Below are positions 39,277-51,407 of a stretch of 64,000 nucleotides of DNA, in pieces; within the stretch, counting starts at the first letter, position 1; the number at the start of each line of letters is the position of its first letter. The position numbers and the translations under genes were made by a program. The notes below the pieces were generated by a model. The model was not told where the DNA came from, did no database searches, and saw only the letters and a program-made list of their open reading frames with translations. The stretch is from assembly GCA_002104905.1 (NCBI GenBank), contig MCFE01000354.1:1-64000 (forward strand), read 5' to 3'. The stretch comes from Basidiobolus meristosporus CBS 931.73 (taxonomy: Eukaryota; Fungi; Basidiobolomycota).

Positions 39277-41499
39277 ATGGCAGTCGCTACAAGCGGTTCC
39301 ATACTCTCTAATGTCATAAAAGCCTTACTTCGCAATCTGGCTATCGAAAATTGTGAGTTGATACCGCGCCTGCAACCTCGTGAAATATATAGCGCTAGAA
39401 TGACGGATGAGAGTGATGTATTCGGACTCGTTCTTCGGAAATCGAGGGAATTCTTCTTTAGATGTCTACCTATTATTAGTTGGTTGCCACATTATAATAG
39501 GAAATGGCTCTTTGGTGATACCGTGGCGGGGGTCACTGTTGGGATCATGGTTGTTCCACAGGTGAGGTTCGATGTGGAGTGTCTTGCTCTCCCAATACTA
39601 AAACTCTTCTCTATTTCAAGGCGTTGGCCTATGCACAGGTAACTGGGCTTCCCGTGCAATATGGACTCTACAGCGCTACTTTCTGCGCTATGGTTTATTG
39701 TCTTTTCGGTACTTCCAAAGATGTCAATATCGGGCCCATAACCATGCTTTCTATGCTGACTGGCCAAGTATGCAGTCAATTGAATACACAATATGGCTAC
39801 AATGTTACGGACGTAGCAGTTATGTTGTCATTTATGACTGGCCTTATCCTACTGGTACTTAGCATCTTGCGTCTTGGTATCATATTGGATTTCATCTCAG
39901 TTCCCGTTATTGTGGGATTCACATCCGGTGTGGGTGTCGCAATCATAGCCATTCAGGTAGGCGTTTGAGCAGTGTGCATCCACAAGCCTAGGCTAATTTA
40001 ATACTACGACCAATTCGTTATGTAGATCCCGAATCTAGTTGGGCTGGCAGGTATCAACACCAAGGAGTCGGCACTTAACATTGTCATTAGCATTTTCAAA
40101 AACATCAGTCATGTGTCCTGGGTTGATGCAGTTCTTGGTGTTTCGTCCATTCTCGCACTTGTGGCACTGGAACAAACCAAGAAACGCTTTGGACACAGAC
40201 ACTTCGCCATCAGGTTTCTGGGCATCGCCAAAAATGCTATCATTATCATCGTTTTCACCTTGATTAGCTTCGTCATACAAACTACTTCACCCAGTTCAAA
40301 TTTCAGAATCATTCGCGAGGTTCCTCGTGGCATTGCCCCACCACGCTTTCCCAATATTGATTTGGTCATGATGGGCCGCATCGCGCCTTCTGCACTGATC
40401 AGTTGTTTGCTCTGCTTAATCGAGCATACCGGAGTATGTAGATCTCTTGGTCGGAAAAACAAGTACAGCGTGGACTAGCAACCAGGAACTTACTGGACTT
40501 GGTGTCTGTAATGTAGTTAGCTCCATCTTTTCTGGCTTCCCTGTTAGCGGTTCGTTCTCTCGTGGGGCCGTTAACGATCAGTCTGGTGTCAAGACCCCTC
40601 TTGCCGGTATATTGACTGGCCTGATAGCAGTGTTCGCCCTAATTTTTTTGCCTCCGCTCTTCTATTTCATTCCAAATGCTACGCTTGCAGGAATCATCAT
40701 CTTCAGTATGGTAAGCATCGTTAGTCCACCTGGGGTGTTTCATCGCTTCTGGATCCTGGATAGGATGGAATTTGCCGTGGCGGTTATCGGTTTTGTGGTG
40801 ACTATTTTCGTTGCTATTCAAACTGGAATTGAGCTTGCCGTCTGCTGCTCGGTGGTCGTCCTATTGTATCGTGTTGCTCGACCTCGTCTTAAATTTCCTG
40901 CCATCCTCCAAGAATGTGGGTCAGTTAAACGTGACAGCATGGAGGTTCCTGCCGGGATCATAGTTGTCCGCCTTCAAGAGGCGCTACTGTTCCCAAATAC
41001 TGAATTTGTTCGACGTAAGGTGATGAAGAATGCTCAGCGCCATACCCGGCCGGCGATTGTCGTTAATGACGATATAGGTTGGAACGAATTCAAGTATAAA
41101 GGTAGGAGCGACCAGTCAAGCGATGCTCTAGAAAGGCCTCGACCAGTATTCCTGGCGGTTATTCTTGATATGAGTGCTGTCAACCAGGTGGACTATTCTG
41201 GAATTCAAGGCCTTTTTGATCTCAAATTCGAGATTGGCAAATACGCTGGGTATGAAAACAAGCTTCAGTCTGATTCACTGTTACATTTTGCAGCGATGAA
41301 TCCAAACGTCGCCAAAAGAATGGAAAAATGTGGAATTTTTGATTCTCGGGAAGAGTATCAAGTAGCTGCCTGTAAAGAGGAGAAAGATGCTGCGGAAATA
41401 TTCAACATGGAGTATAAAAGTAGTAGGCTTCAGGTTGTACACAAGTCAGTTTTTGATGCCATCAGCTGCATCATAGAACAATGTGATGTTCATCGCTAG
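39277..41499 (+). CDS. SulP/SLC26 anion (sulfate) transporter with STAS domain; 2 introns and one +1 frame break; exact start uncertain (39277 or 39400)
   Basis: GDTVAGVTVGIMVVPQ/ALAYAQVTGLPVQYGLYS, FGTSKDVNIGP, NQELTGLG, GSFSRGAVNDQSGVKTPLAG, VILDMSAVNQVDYSG. Break at about 40477. Confidence 0.92.
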
Positions 41500-41972
41500 A
41501 ATGGTGGATACAGAGCTTAATCTACTCAAACACTTTCTTTTATGTACATTCTAATATATCACAACATACTGTATACACTAGAGTATGAATTGTTCAATAC
41601 AAAAATGCTGTGCAGATGGAAACCATAAAGCCTAGGTTTGCTTACCACTATTCAGTCTCCACAAGAATAATATTGTGGAGTTACCATGAATGTTGTATAT
41701 TGCAACATAGTGTTTCTATAATAATCGTAAAGCTAAAACCATGCCATTCTACTTTTGGATATTTTCGGGCGGGTTTGCTACATGCCGAAATACCAGTCCA
41801 ATGCTGGAAAATGCAGGCTGGTAATATCTCCAACACCGGGATATTCTCTCCGTGGAGAATTTGGTTCCGATCACCTATGACGGAAGTATAGAAAAATTGC
41901 CATAGTTGATATACGTCTTTATATATGCATATAAGTAGAATTGGTGATGTATGCTGGAAAATGATGCGAATA

Positions 41973-43274
41973 CTACACTAAAATGTTTTGTCGTATCAGA
42001 GCTCGCTTCGCTTCGCCAAAACCAATACCATCAAGATACTCGTTGATTCCGCCGTATTTGTTTCGTATATACGACAATGTATCAGCCATCACCTATTCAG
42101 AATTAGTAAAAAGAATGCAACAGGTTGAATTTTGAGCGTACAAACCTCAGGGTTTGATTCAAGAAAGTTGGGGCTTACTCCTGCAGCCCCTACCTCCTTA
42201 CTCAATGCCTCAGCAATCCCCTCCAGTTGCTCTCTACTTTTGCTGTAGTCACGAATAATCACATCATCCTCAACTCCGAGGATCATCAGTACCAATGCGG
42301 TGATCAAGCCTGTGCGATCCTTTCCATGAGTACAATGGACCAGAATCGGATAATTCTTCGGCTCGACAAATAGTGATAACGCCTAGGGTGAGCGCGTTAG
42401 AGTATGCATAACCCAAGTCTACGGCACAGAGTCCAGATTACCTTGCACAGCTCGGCTCCCGAAAAATCAAGATAGTCCTGGTTGAGTCCAAGTAAGCCTC
42501 GACCTCCTATGATATGTTGGACGACATACATATATGCCTTCATCTTGGATACACACAAATAATAGAAGACCATCAAGCTAGTTATATGTTGATAAATATA
42601 CTGCACGCTGGACGGCATTCATGATACACATACCTTCTGTCTACTACGGAGGCTCTTTTCCACACCGCATTATATCTATATTCATACCCAGTTAAGTTGA
42701 CCTTGATAGTGCGACGAACGCTAGCTTTGACACATTCTAAGACTTCCTCTTGCTGCTGTTCGGATTGTTCTTTCACTTCCTAAAGACGATTGCTCGGGTT
42801 AAATTATAATATGCGCTGGGCGGGTATAAATCATATTCAACCTCAAGAACGTCAATGGGATATTGCTCAGATAGCTGTTGGTTGAGTACGCCCTCGGCTC
42901 TGTGGGGAATTTACGTTAGTAAAGAGAAAATTTATCCCATGATGTCAAACCTTACTCTGTACGCAAGTCCAAAATGGTTTTTATGTCCTTTTCATTCACC
43001 AAGACTTGCAAATCCTTCTCGTCGATCTCGTCTAACAAATATTGTTGTCGCTAGTTGAGTATCTTGCTTGAATCAGGATAACAGAAAGTATCCACGAACC
43101 TAGCCTGGCCGAGCGAAAAAGGATATTCTCTTTGAGTACTCTGGTGTTGGCGAGGTAAAGGGGCCATTAGCTCAGTATGTGGCAAAGATAGGCAACAGAT
43201 ATGAACCTTGGCCCGTTGGTGTTGACCTCAATACCAATATCACGGAAGTTGTGTACGGTCGAAAAGCTAGTCAT
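41973..43274 (-). CDS. Protein-tyrosine/dual-specificity phosphatase, Y_phosphatase3 (TpbA/IphP-like) family, multi-exon
   Basis: Spliced VHNFRDIG, ILFRSARL, TILDLRT, YPILVHCTHGKDRTG, IIRDYSKS, YGGINEYLDGIG. Confidence 0.85.
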
Positions 43275-44076
43275 GTGGGTAAAGTGGAGTGGTAAGGATG
43301 AGCAATGCCATTAAAGGTATATGTATTTTTTCGAAGAGGATATTGCCACCAGATCCTCATCGCATATGCTATATCAGGTGTTTGTGGCAATGGCAATTTC
43401 AGGATGATGATTACATCCACTTCAGTCCTTTTGCTCACGATGATTTCATCCCTTGAGAAAGGAATAAGGACTATAAACAAACCGTATTTGACCAGACGCT
43501 ATTCGCGGAATTTTCGAAGTTTCCCAGATTGGCATGCTTAACACTGGGCATAAATCGGGATAGAGTGAGGGTAGTGCCATTTGGGGGCTGATCCTTTTGA
43601 GCCAATCTACATTCAGCCAGTAGATGTGGAAATGTGCTAATCACAAGTATCCTCACGAGAGTTATCGGGAAAACAAACACCGCCCTCCGTGCACCATGCG
43701 CGCAACATGCGTAACATGATGAATCTACGGGTGAGGTAAACCATGATGACTAAAGGTTATCTTCCGTGATTAGAAAAATCTTATATTTTTCGGAAGGGGT
43801 GATTGGCTGCGGCTATCATGTCATGTAGTAGGATCTTTTTGATCTTTTCAAGCTTCCATATATGCAAATGTAATAATTCTATTTTAAAATTGATATTATG
43901 TGAGACATTATATGGTCCCATGCATGAGAAATACTTTTGCTTATATTTAATGTCGGCTTCTCGTGGCTCTGATACTAAACACCACTTTTCACCTACATAA
44001 TAACTATTTTCAACTTCTCTTCCAGCACAGTAATTCTCTCTTCCAGTGTAATCATTACCCCCCCCTCTCAACAACC

Positions 44077-45343
44077 ATGGCTAGTTCAATAAAGAAAGTA
44101 GCCAAACCCTTAGGCACTCTTCATTCAGAGGTTAAGCAGTTATTTGAGTTTGTAGCAACTCGTCAAATAGGTGGGTATTTTCTTCGGTCTGCTTACATAT
44201 CGAAAGCTAACCTTCCCGACCTATCCAGAATTACCTTTAATCCTTTTAACCGCCATTATACTTGGTGATCTGCTACAGATTCCGGCAGCTGAAAAATTTT
44301 TACGCCTACAGTACCGTATCCCTGGTGAAAACACCTATGGGAAGGGCTGGGACGACATATATATCATTACCTTTTGGATTATTGCGTTTACCTTCCTAAG
44401 AGCTGCGGTAATGAAGTATGTCTTCCTTCCCCTTGCTACTACCTTGCGTATCAGCGGAGCTTCAAAGCGCACTCGTTTTTTGGAGCAAGCCTGGCAATTT
44501 GTTTATTTCTCCTTCTCTTGGACTCTGGGCATGGTAAGTATTAAGAATACATACTTCAAAGCATATTTTTGCTAATGGGTTGATTCCCTGCAGTATATCA
44601 TGTATAACTCCCCTTATTGGTTTGATGCTCGTCACTTTTGGATTGGATATCCGCATGTTAACATCCCGTACTTGACCAAGTGGTATTACCTGGCCACTAC
44701 GGGATACTGGCTTCAGCAGTGCTTCGTGTTGGCAGTTGAGAAGCCTCGCAAAGATATTGTTGTGATGGTAATCCATCATGCGATCACCTGCTCGCTCCTG
44801 CTTAGCTCCTACTTCACGAACTTCACTAGAATCGGGAACGCCGTGCTCTGTATGATGGATTTTTCTGACATCTGGCTTGCGGTACGTATTACCGAGCCAC
44901 AAATTGTATTCTTCAAGTAGATTAATTTCCACGTTAGTTCGCAAAGGTACAACGTTACACGGGACTCGAAAAAGTCTGCAACATCACATTTGGTTTCTTT
45001 GTTGTGAGTTGGCTCTACTCCAGACATTACATCTACGCGCACATCGTTTACAGTATCTGGGCCGACCCTGATATTTATCATGTCGTCGACTGGAACCCAG
45101 AGAAAGGGCACTATTTCAACAGAACGGCGCAAGCTTTCTTTCTGACTTTGTTTGCCCTCCTGCAAACATTGGCATTGCTCTGGCTCAAATCGATCATCGG
45201 GATCGTCGTGAAAGTTCTCAGTGGAAACAATGCCGAGGATGTGCGAAGCGACTCCGAAGATGGAAAGTAAGTGGCATTGTGGTTTGATTCGTGAAGAATA
45301 CTTCTAACTAGCCGTCTCACTAATTGACTTCAGGGAGGAGTGA
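44077..45343 (+). CDS. Ceramide synthase (LAG1/LAC1, TLC domain), multi-exon
   Basis: KGWDD, RFLEQAWQFVYF, YWLQQCFVLAVEKPRKD...MVIHHAITCSLL (Lag1p motif), GNAVLCMMDFSDIWL, C-terminal DVRSDSED. Confidence 0.92.
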
Positions 45344-45745
45344 TAATCTCGGCTGAGGAGTAGATTCTGTAAAAACATGGTTCCTGATCACCAACACCAC
45401 TTTTAATTTTAATTGACTTCTAATCCTGTCACATAGTATCATTTAATTTTTGTAATGCCAATATTGGTCAATAAAGCCATAAATCTTTATTTCACATGCC
45501 TCTTCTACATCGATATTGTTGTGGGACATTGCATTAACGAGGGAATGAGCTTTTCATCCGGAGTAAAGGGGAAGGAAGCCATTTTCCCTGTATCTTGGCA
45601 AAGCTTATGGTGAGTCATAATCTGATTGGCTTCGGGGTTTTACCTGATCCTTTCCGAGATGGATTTGTGCACTTTCCAGACGATAAGGGAATAAATTGGA
45701 GTGGTAACAAGGATAATACTGTGTTTTACTGTTTCGAGAAATACA

Positions 45746-48184
45746 ATGCCCCTAAGCGCTACTAATGGCGAGGGCGAGGGTGGCTCACCACCATCGAACG
45801 ATGCGTTAACAAAAAAGCCTAGAGCCTCGCGAGCATGCGACACTTGCCGAAAAAAGAAGGTGAAATGCGATAACGAAAAGCCTGCTTGTTCCAACTGCGT
45901 TGCGTATGGGTACGAGTGTACATACCTTGAGAAGCAGAAGAAAAGGGGCCCCCAACCAAGCTATCCGAAGGCGTTAGAGGACCGTTTGGAACGTTTGGAA
46001 GCGGTACTTACCAATCTTGCCAAACGAGATTCTTCCTTACCCTCCGAAATCGTGGAAGAGTTCCGCTCCATCGAGCATACTCTGAGCGAGAGTAACCCTG
46101 AAGTATGTATAAGAATGGTTGTTTAGTTCTTGCAAGCAAATGACGGTTACTGACCGGTGCTATTTGGTCTTCAGAGATGTGAGGATTCCGTCGAGGAAGA
46201 GCTCGATAAACTCAAACTCGAAGATCCCAAATATTTTTCCTACGTTGGCAGTAGTTCTGGGGTCTACTTATTCAAAGGTGGCTCATTCTACAAGCAAGGA
46301 AGATTGCAAAACGTCCACGAACTTATAGGCCGAGAGCCATACCTTAGCCCTAATCCGCTCTCGCTTGATCCAGCATTTCCTCCACCGGAACTTCGCGAAG
46401 GACTGTTAACCAGCTATTTTCGGCACATCAATACATCGTTGCCAACCTTCCCCCTGGGCCGTAATGATAGAAGCCTTACCGCCGGCGACGATACATCCGA
46501 GCTCCTGTATAACTGTATCTTCACGCTGGCCTCGTTTCATAACACGACGGAGGGACTCTTCCGTAGCCCAGAGGAGGCCTTCTTTGCATCGAGGGTGTTC
46601 CAGGCCAGGGCCAAAGCTCTGTTAGACCGACTCATTGTTATTCCATCTATTGGACTTGTTCAAGCACTGGTGCTACTAAGCTTACATCCTCAAAATTCAT
46701 GGCTGTACCTCGGAATGGCCATTCGGATTGCTCAGGAGCTTGGACTACATAGGACGCTGAATTCACACAACTTGGACCCCATAGAGCGTGAGAGAAGGAA
46801 GCTTCTTTGGTGGAATTGTGTAGTGCTTGACAGAGGGATAAGCTCGTTTCTTGGAAGACCTTTAGCGATCCACGAGTCCGATTGCAACGCATCACTCCCG
46901 TTGCTACCCGAGGTGCTTGCGAAGGAGGCATCGATCGACGTGAATGAGCTATCCTATAGCCAGCGAGCAATGAAATGCTACATCGTGTTCATTCGACTCT
47001 CACAGATCATGGCAAGAATGCTGCGAGAAATCCACACCGCGGAAAGCACCTCCCAGGGGAAGATCAAAAACAGCTTAAAGGAGTTGAACCGCACGCTGAA
47101 TCAATGGGAGTTGTCTCTACCCGAGGAATTCAAGTACAATTTCGAGGACACCAAGCTCAACGATCGTTATACCGTGATCCTCAATCTGTTGCATTGCTAT
47201 TGTTTGATTGTCTTAAATCGACCCTTTATCCCTAAAACGTGCCGTAAAGCTACAGCAATTCACCCATCTCAGTTGATATGCGCCAAAGCAGCAAGCATAC
47301 TGACCTACTGCGGCTATCACTATATGCGCAACAATCAGCACTGTATTCAAATGCATAACGGAGTGATGTTTACCGCGTGTACTGTTCATCTAATCAACAG
47401 CCTATCGGAAGATCCTGAGCTGTCGCGCATTTCCAAGCAGAACTTGAGGGCAGGGCTTGAGTACCTGAACACTGCTGGCAAAGCTTATCTGGAAGTCAAG
47501 CGCAGTTTGACATTGCTGGATGATCTCTTGAAGTCCTACAAGCTGAGTGGCTTGGAGGAGGTTCCGGTGTTGCCGACGCTCTACAATCCGGCGCATGTAT
47601 CCTTCACATCCAGCACGCTTGGGAAGAATATCCAGCGACATGACTCCGAATCGCTGATCATCATCCCAACCGAGCTGGCCGACCACGTTCTATCATACAA
47701 CAACCCATCAAACACCCCCTCGCCTTCGATGACATCCATCCGGTCACCATCCGTTGCCTCCCAACCGGCCGCTGAGCCCCAGGCGGCGTTCGACAAGGGA
47801 ACACCGCAGCCAAGGTATTCATACATGCCTTATGAGTTATTAGCGCAACCAGTCAGCACGCCCAGCCAGTCACTATACCCGGATCCGGGGTGTCAAGAGA
47901 CCTCTGCTGCACCTGGAATGTACCAATCGCCGACGTCAGTTCTCACTAGCCCACAGTATACAAGTTTGTGTTCCAATCCAGTTTTTCCTTTGGATTCACA
48001 AGGAATTGGAAGCCACTCCTCCAGTTTATTTCCTAATTCAGAGATGGCGTTCTACACGACACCCATGGACAGCCCCAACCAGCCTACAGAGCAACCTGGT
48101 TACAGCGCCCCGGTGATGAATCCTCTCCACATGGATGTGAACTTCGAGGAGTGGAATGCTTACATGGGCCAATTCATGAAGTAG
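45746..48184 (+). CDS. Zn(II)2Cys6 transcription factor with fungal-specific TF middle domain (one intron near 46105-46172)
   Basis: ACDTCRKKKVKCDNEKPACSNCVAYGYEC; SWLYLGMAIRIAQELGLH; ERERRKLLWWNCVVLDRGISSFLGRP. Confidence 0.95.
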
Positions 48185-48399
48185 ACTTGTAAAATAATGC
48201 ATGGAGAGACCGCTTAGATTAGCCAATAAACAAAATCAAGTTCATGTATATTTGTGCTCGGCGTGTAACGGGCACATCATCTGTTTTCGAATCAAGATCT
48301 CGTTGGACGATTTTGGAAGTGGCGTTCTCTCCCAATTCACGGTGAAGCCGGCATTAATGAGGATGTGTAGGTCTTGCTAGCACCGGTTCGAATCCGGAT

Positions 48400-48830
48400 T
48401 GACTTCCAAGCTCTACCGCATAGATCACGCATCACCTTCCAAACACAACCACCGATCCGGATCACGCCGGAATTGCTCTCGCTCAGTTGGGCAGGATATT
48501 GGATCTCTCATGCTGGCACGAAGCATAGCCGCAGATGCTTGGATATTTATTGCACAGGAGTGGACAGCTAGATTTGGAACTAGCGATAATGAGACGATTA
48601 CGCAGGATGGAGGATAGGAGAGCCAGAGTTGGTCAAGTGACAAGTGATCAGATGTTTGCTGAGGCAGCTCTTGCAGCGCTTCCTGAACGGGAAAGTTTTC
48701 GCCTCCTTCTTGTTAGGAAAATCCATCCCAAACAAGCGCCTACATACCTGGCAAGCACGCTGAAATCCCTTGATAGGAGCATGGAAATAGAACGGGAGCG
48801 TGGAGTTGGAATCCCTCGATGAGAGCATGG
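48400..48830 (+). mobile_element. Possible decayed Ty1/copia-type gag fragment
   Basis: Broken frames give ARSIAADAWIFI and AIMRRLRRMEDRRARVGQVTSDQMFAEAALAALPERESFRLLL, reminiscent of the gag_2/UBN2 pattern. No LTR, pol or TSD seen. Confidence 0.3.
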
Positions 48831-48890
48831 AAATCAGAACGGGAGCGTGGAGTTGGAGTCCCGCGATGGGAGCATGAAAGCCAGAATCCC
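48765..48890. repeat. Minisatellite, about 2.7 x 46-47 bp
   Basis: atcccttgataggagcatggaaatagaacgggagcgtggagttgga / atccctcgatgagagcatggaaatcagaacgggagcgtggagttgga / gtcccgcgatgggagcatgaaagccagaatccc. Confidence 0.9.
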
Positions 48891-49329
48891 TGGCCAAGAA
48901 TCGCCTCCCGAGCATGATCCAAGTGACCGAAGCACGGCCTCTTGCCATTGATTCGGACTTATATGGCGGCGTGTCTCATTGCTGGTTCTGGAATATCGGG
49001 CTACGGTGTACCGGTGAGATGCGACCAAGGGAAGTATTGGAGACCCTGCGTACTCTCCTCCCAGGAAATGAGGTTGTTTATTCAGCAGCCTCAATCTTCC
49101 CAAAATCAACCTGCATAGGTCAGAAACGAGCTTCATTTCTCCAAAGCTGTCTAGATTAAAAGTCACATTATGCCCCCCTTTCCCCAATTAGTACCGATGA
49201 TGAGCAGTCACGACCGCTTCTCTAGGAATTGTGGATTTGATAACCCCTTGCCAACTACGCTTGTATATAAGGTCTTGGCTCCGGATACCCACTACATCAT
49301 CCACGTTAGTTATTTATTCTCCCTTGACT

Positions 49330-50604
49330 ATGAAAATCCACGTCAAAGAAATCGAGTGCTCTTTCCCCTCCTTGATTCACGAGAAGTTCGGCAAGGTAGA
49401 GGATGCCACGAATGATTGGCTTCTTGAGTTCAATCTGATCCAGAGCAGATCTGCTTTGGAGCGTGTCAACAGATCCAAACTGGGTCGACTTCCCTGCCGC
49501 ATCCACCCACGCACCCCCTTCAAGTTTGTGCTCTGGGCCACCAAACTCTACACGTGGCTCTTCATGTTCGACGACCAATTCGACGATGGCCCACTTGGCA
49601 GAAAGATGACCAAGATGTATCCCATCTTCGTTGCTCTGCTAAAAATCCTCGGCACCGACGCTGCCGACGAGGCCATCACCGAGTTCACCAAGAAGATGAG
49701 GGCCCACTTCGAAAAGGAGAACAGCGCCAACGGCGAGAAGGCCATGCTGAAGCGGGTGCGAAGACGCTCCTCGGCATGGAACATTGCCGCCAAGTTCGTT
49801 GATCTCGTCAGCTGCAAGAACAACATCCCCATCGATTACTCGTTATGGGAGGACCCACTAGCCATGTACGCCGACCATATCCAGCGAGTCTTGACCTCCC
49901 CGATATGTCTCTCGTTGGCTGAGCTGTGGCGCGACTACTGCCGCTTCACCGATCCCGATTTACAAGAACGCACATCGTTCTACTTCGCGCGCTACCTGCG
50001 GTCCTATTTCAAGGAATGCGAGATGCGCAAGGCCAAAGGTTTCCCGGATGTTGAGACCTACATCCGCAATCGGCAAGACGCCGGAGGGATGCTACTGAGT
50101 TTGGAGGTGATTGAGTTCACCGAGCAAGCCCCGATTCCCAAGGAAATCTATCAGTCCGCTGATTTCCAGAAGCTGCGGGTGCAAATCATCAACATCGTCT
50201 GTTGGACCAACGACCTCTTCTCTTTCGAGAAGGAGTACGCCCACGGCGACATCAACAATCTGGTCATCGTGCTGCAAAACGCCTTGCAGTGCCCGTTCCA
50301 GGAGGCCGCCGACAAAGCCAACGACATGTTGGCTGAGGAGATCCGAGCTTTCGTCGACACACAGGAAACCCTCCAGAGCTGGGTCAGAGAGAAGTACGAC
50401 AAAGAGGTCAGCGACTCGCTCGGAAGACACATCTTCATCTACCAAAACTGGATCAAGGGGCACATTGACTGGTGCTTTGAATCGTTACGCTACCACCAAG
50501 TCCCAGATGTCGACCAGTACTTGGAGAACATCTTCACCTGCAATGCCAAAAGTGACATGCGCCGCAAAAAGAACGCCATTATCAACCAAACCATCCAGAC
50601 CTAA
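49330..50604 (+). CDS. Class I terpene synthase (microbial/bacterial-type cyclase), intronless
   Basis: DDQFDD (DDxxD), RQDAGG (effector Arg), NDLFSFEKE (NSE/DTE), WCFESLRY (WxxxxxRY). ATG at 49330 lies within ORF 49231..50604. Confidence 0.92.
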   Translation: MKIHVKEIECSFPSLIHEKFGKVEDATNDWLLEFNLIQSRSALERVNRSKLGRLPCRIHPRTPFKFVLWATKLYTWLFMFDDQFDDGPLGRKMTKMYPIFVALLKILGTDAADEAITEFTKKMRAHFEKENSANGEKAMLKRVRRRSSAWNIAAKFVDLVSCKNNIPIDYSLWEDPLAMYADHIQRVLTSPICLSLAELWRDYCRFTDPDLQERTSFYFARYLRSYFKECEMRKAKGFPDVETYIRNRQDAGGMLLSLEVIEFTEQAPIPKEIYQSADFQKLRVQIINIVCWTNDLFSFEKEYAHGDINNLVIVLQNALQCPFQEAADKANDMLAEEIRAFVDTQETLQSWVREKYDKEVSDSLGRHIFIYQNWIKGHIDWCFESLRYHQVPDVDQYLENIFTCNAKSDMRRKKNAIINQTIQT

Positions 50605-51407
50605 TGCCATTCGCGCCTTAACAATGCTAATCCCCTACTACAGAACCTCCATCTCTCCCTATTACTGCCGCTTCCACATACTACTTGGCTGGATGGACAT
50701 TATATATTAAGAATATCGGTTAAATTCGTCGAGAGATTTGTAATTTTTTGGATTTTGCTCCTTCTCTACCCTACACTACCTACCCCACAGCCACCATAAA
50801 CCCGCCTGCACATCGTATGGCGTATAATCTCCACCTTTATTTTGATGGCCCCATCTTTAGATCTAAACTCAATTCAATAAAAGCCCATCTCGGTTTAGCG
50901 AATCATCGTTGGATGTGAATTCATGATGCATGGGGCTTTTAGCTTAATTGAAACCGATCATTGATATTAGATTTCATGAGATGCATGTGCGTGCCCGGGG
51001 TGGGATGGAGTTTGGTTGGCACTCCTTACTTTGCTAGCCTGATTGCTACCATAATGCACATAAACTTCCGGGAGTCAAATGATGGATCTGATGGAGATAT
51101 GGTTGTATTGAACAATTGTCTGGCTTGATGCAGCCCCTATGTACTTTCTAATAAATTACGTGGAAATGGGTGGAGACAGTTGGCCTGCTAAATGAGTATC
51201 TAATTGTGGCGATGCTCTAGATAGTCAAAGAAAGGAGCCGTTGGCTAGCTGATATGCTGTGATCCGGTTGGCTGGAGGGCATGGACATGAATGCTCTTGG
51301 TCGTGTGCCATGTGCCGTATGCCGTGTATCATGCTACTGTTCAACCCTTTCAACTGACAATCAGGATATCTGGATCCTGGATCCTTGCTGATATCCGTTA
51401 CATCTTT

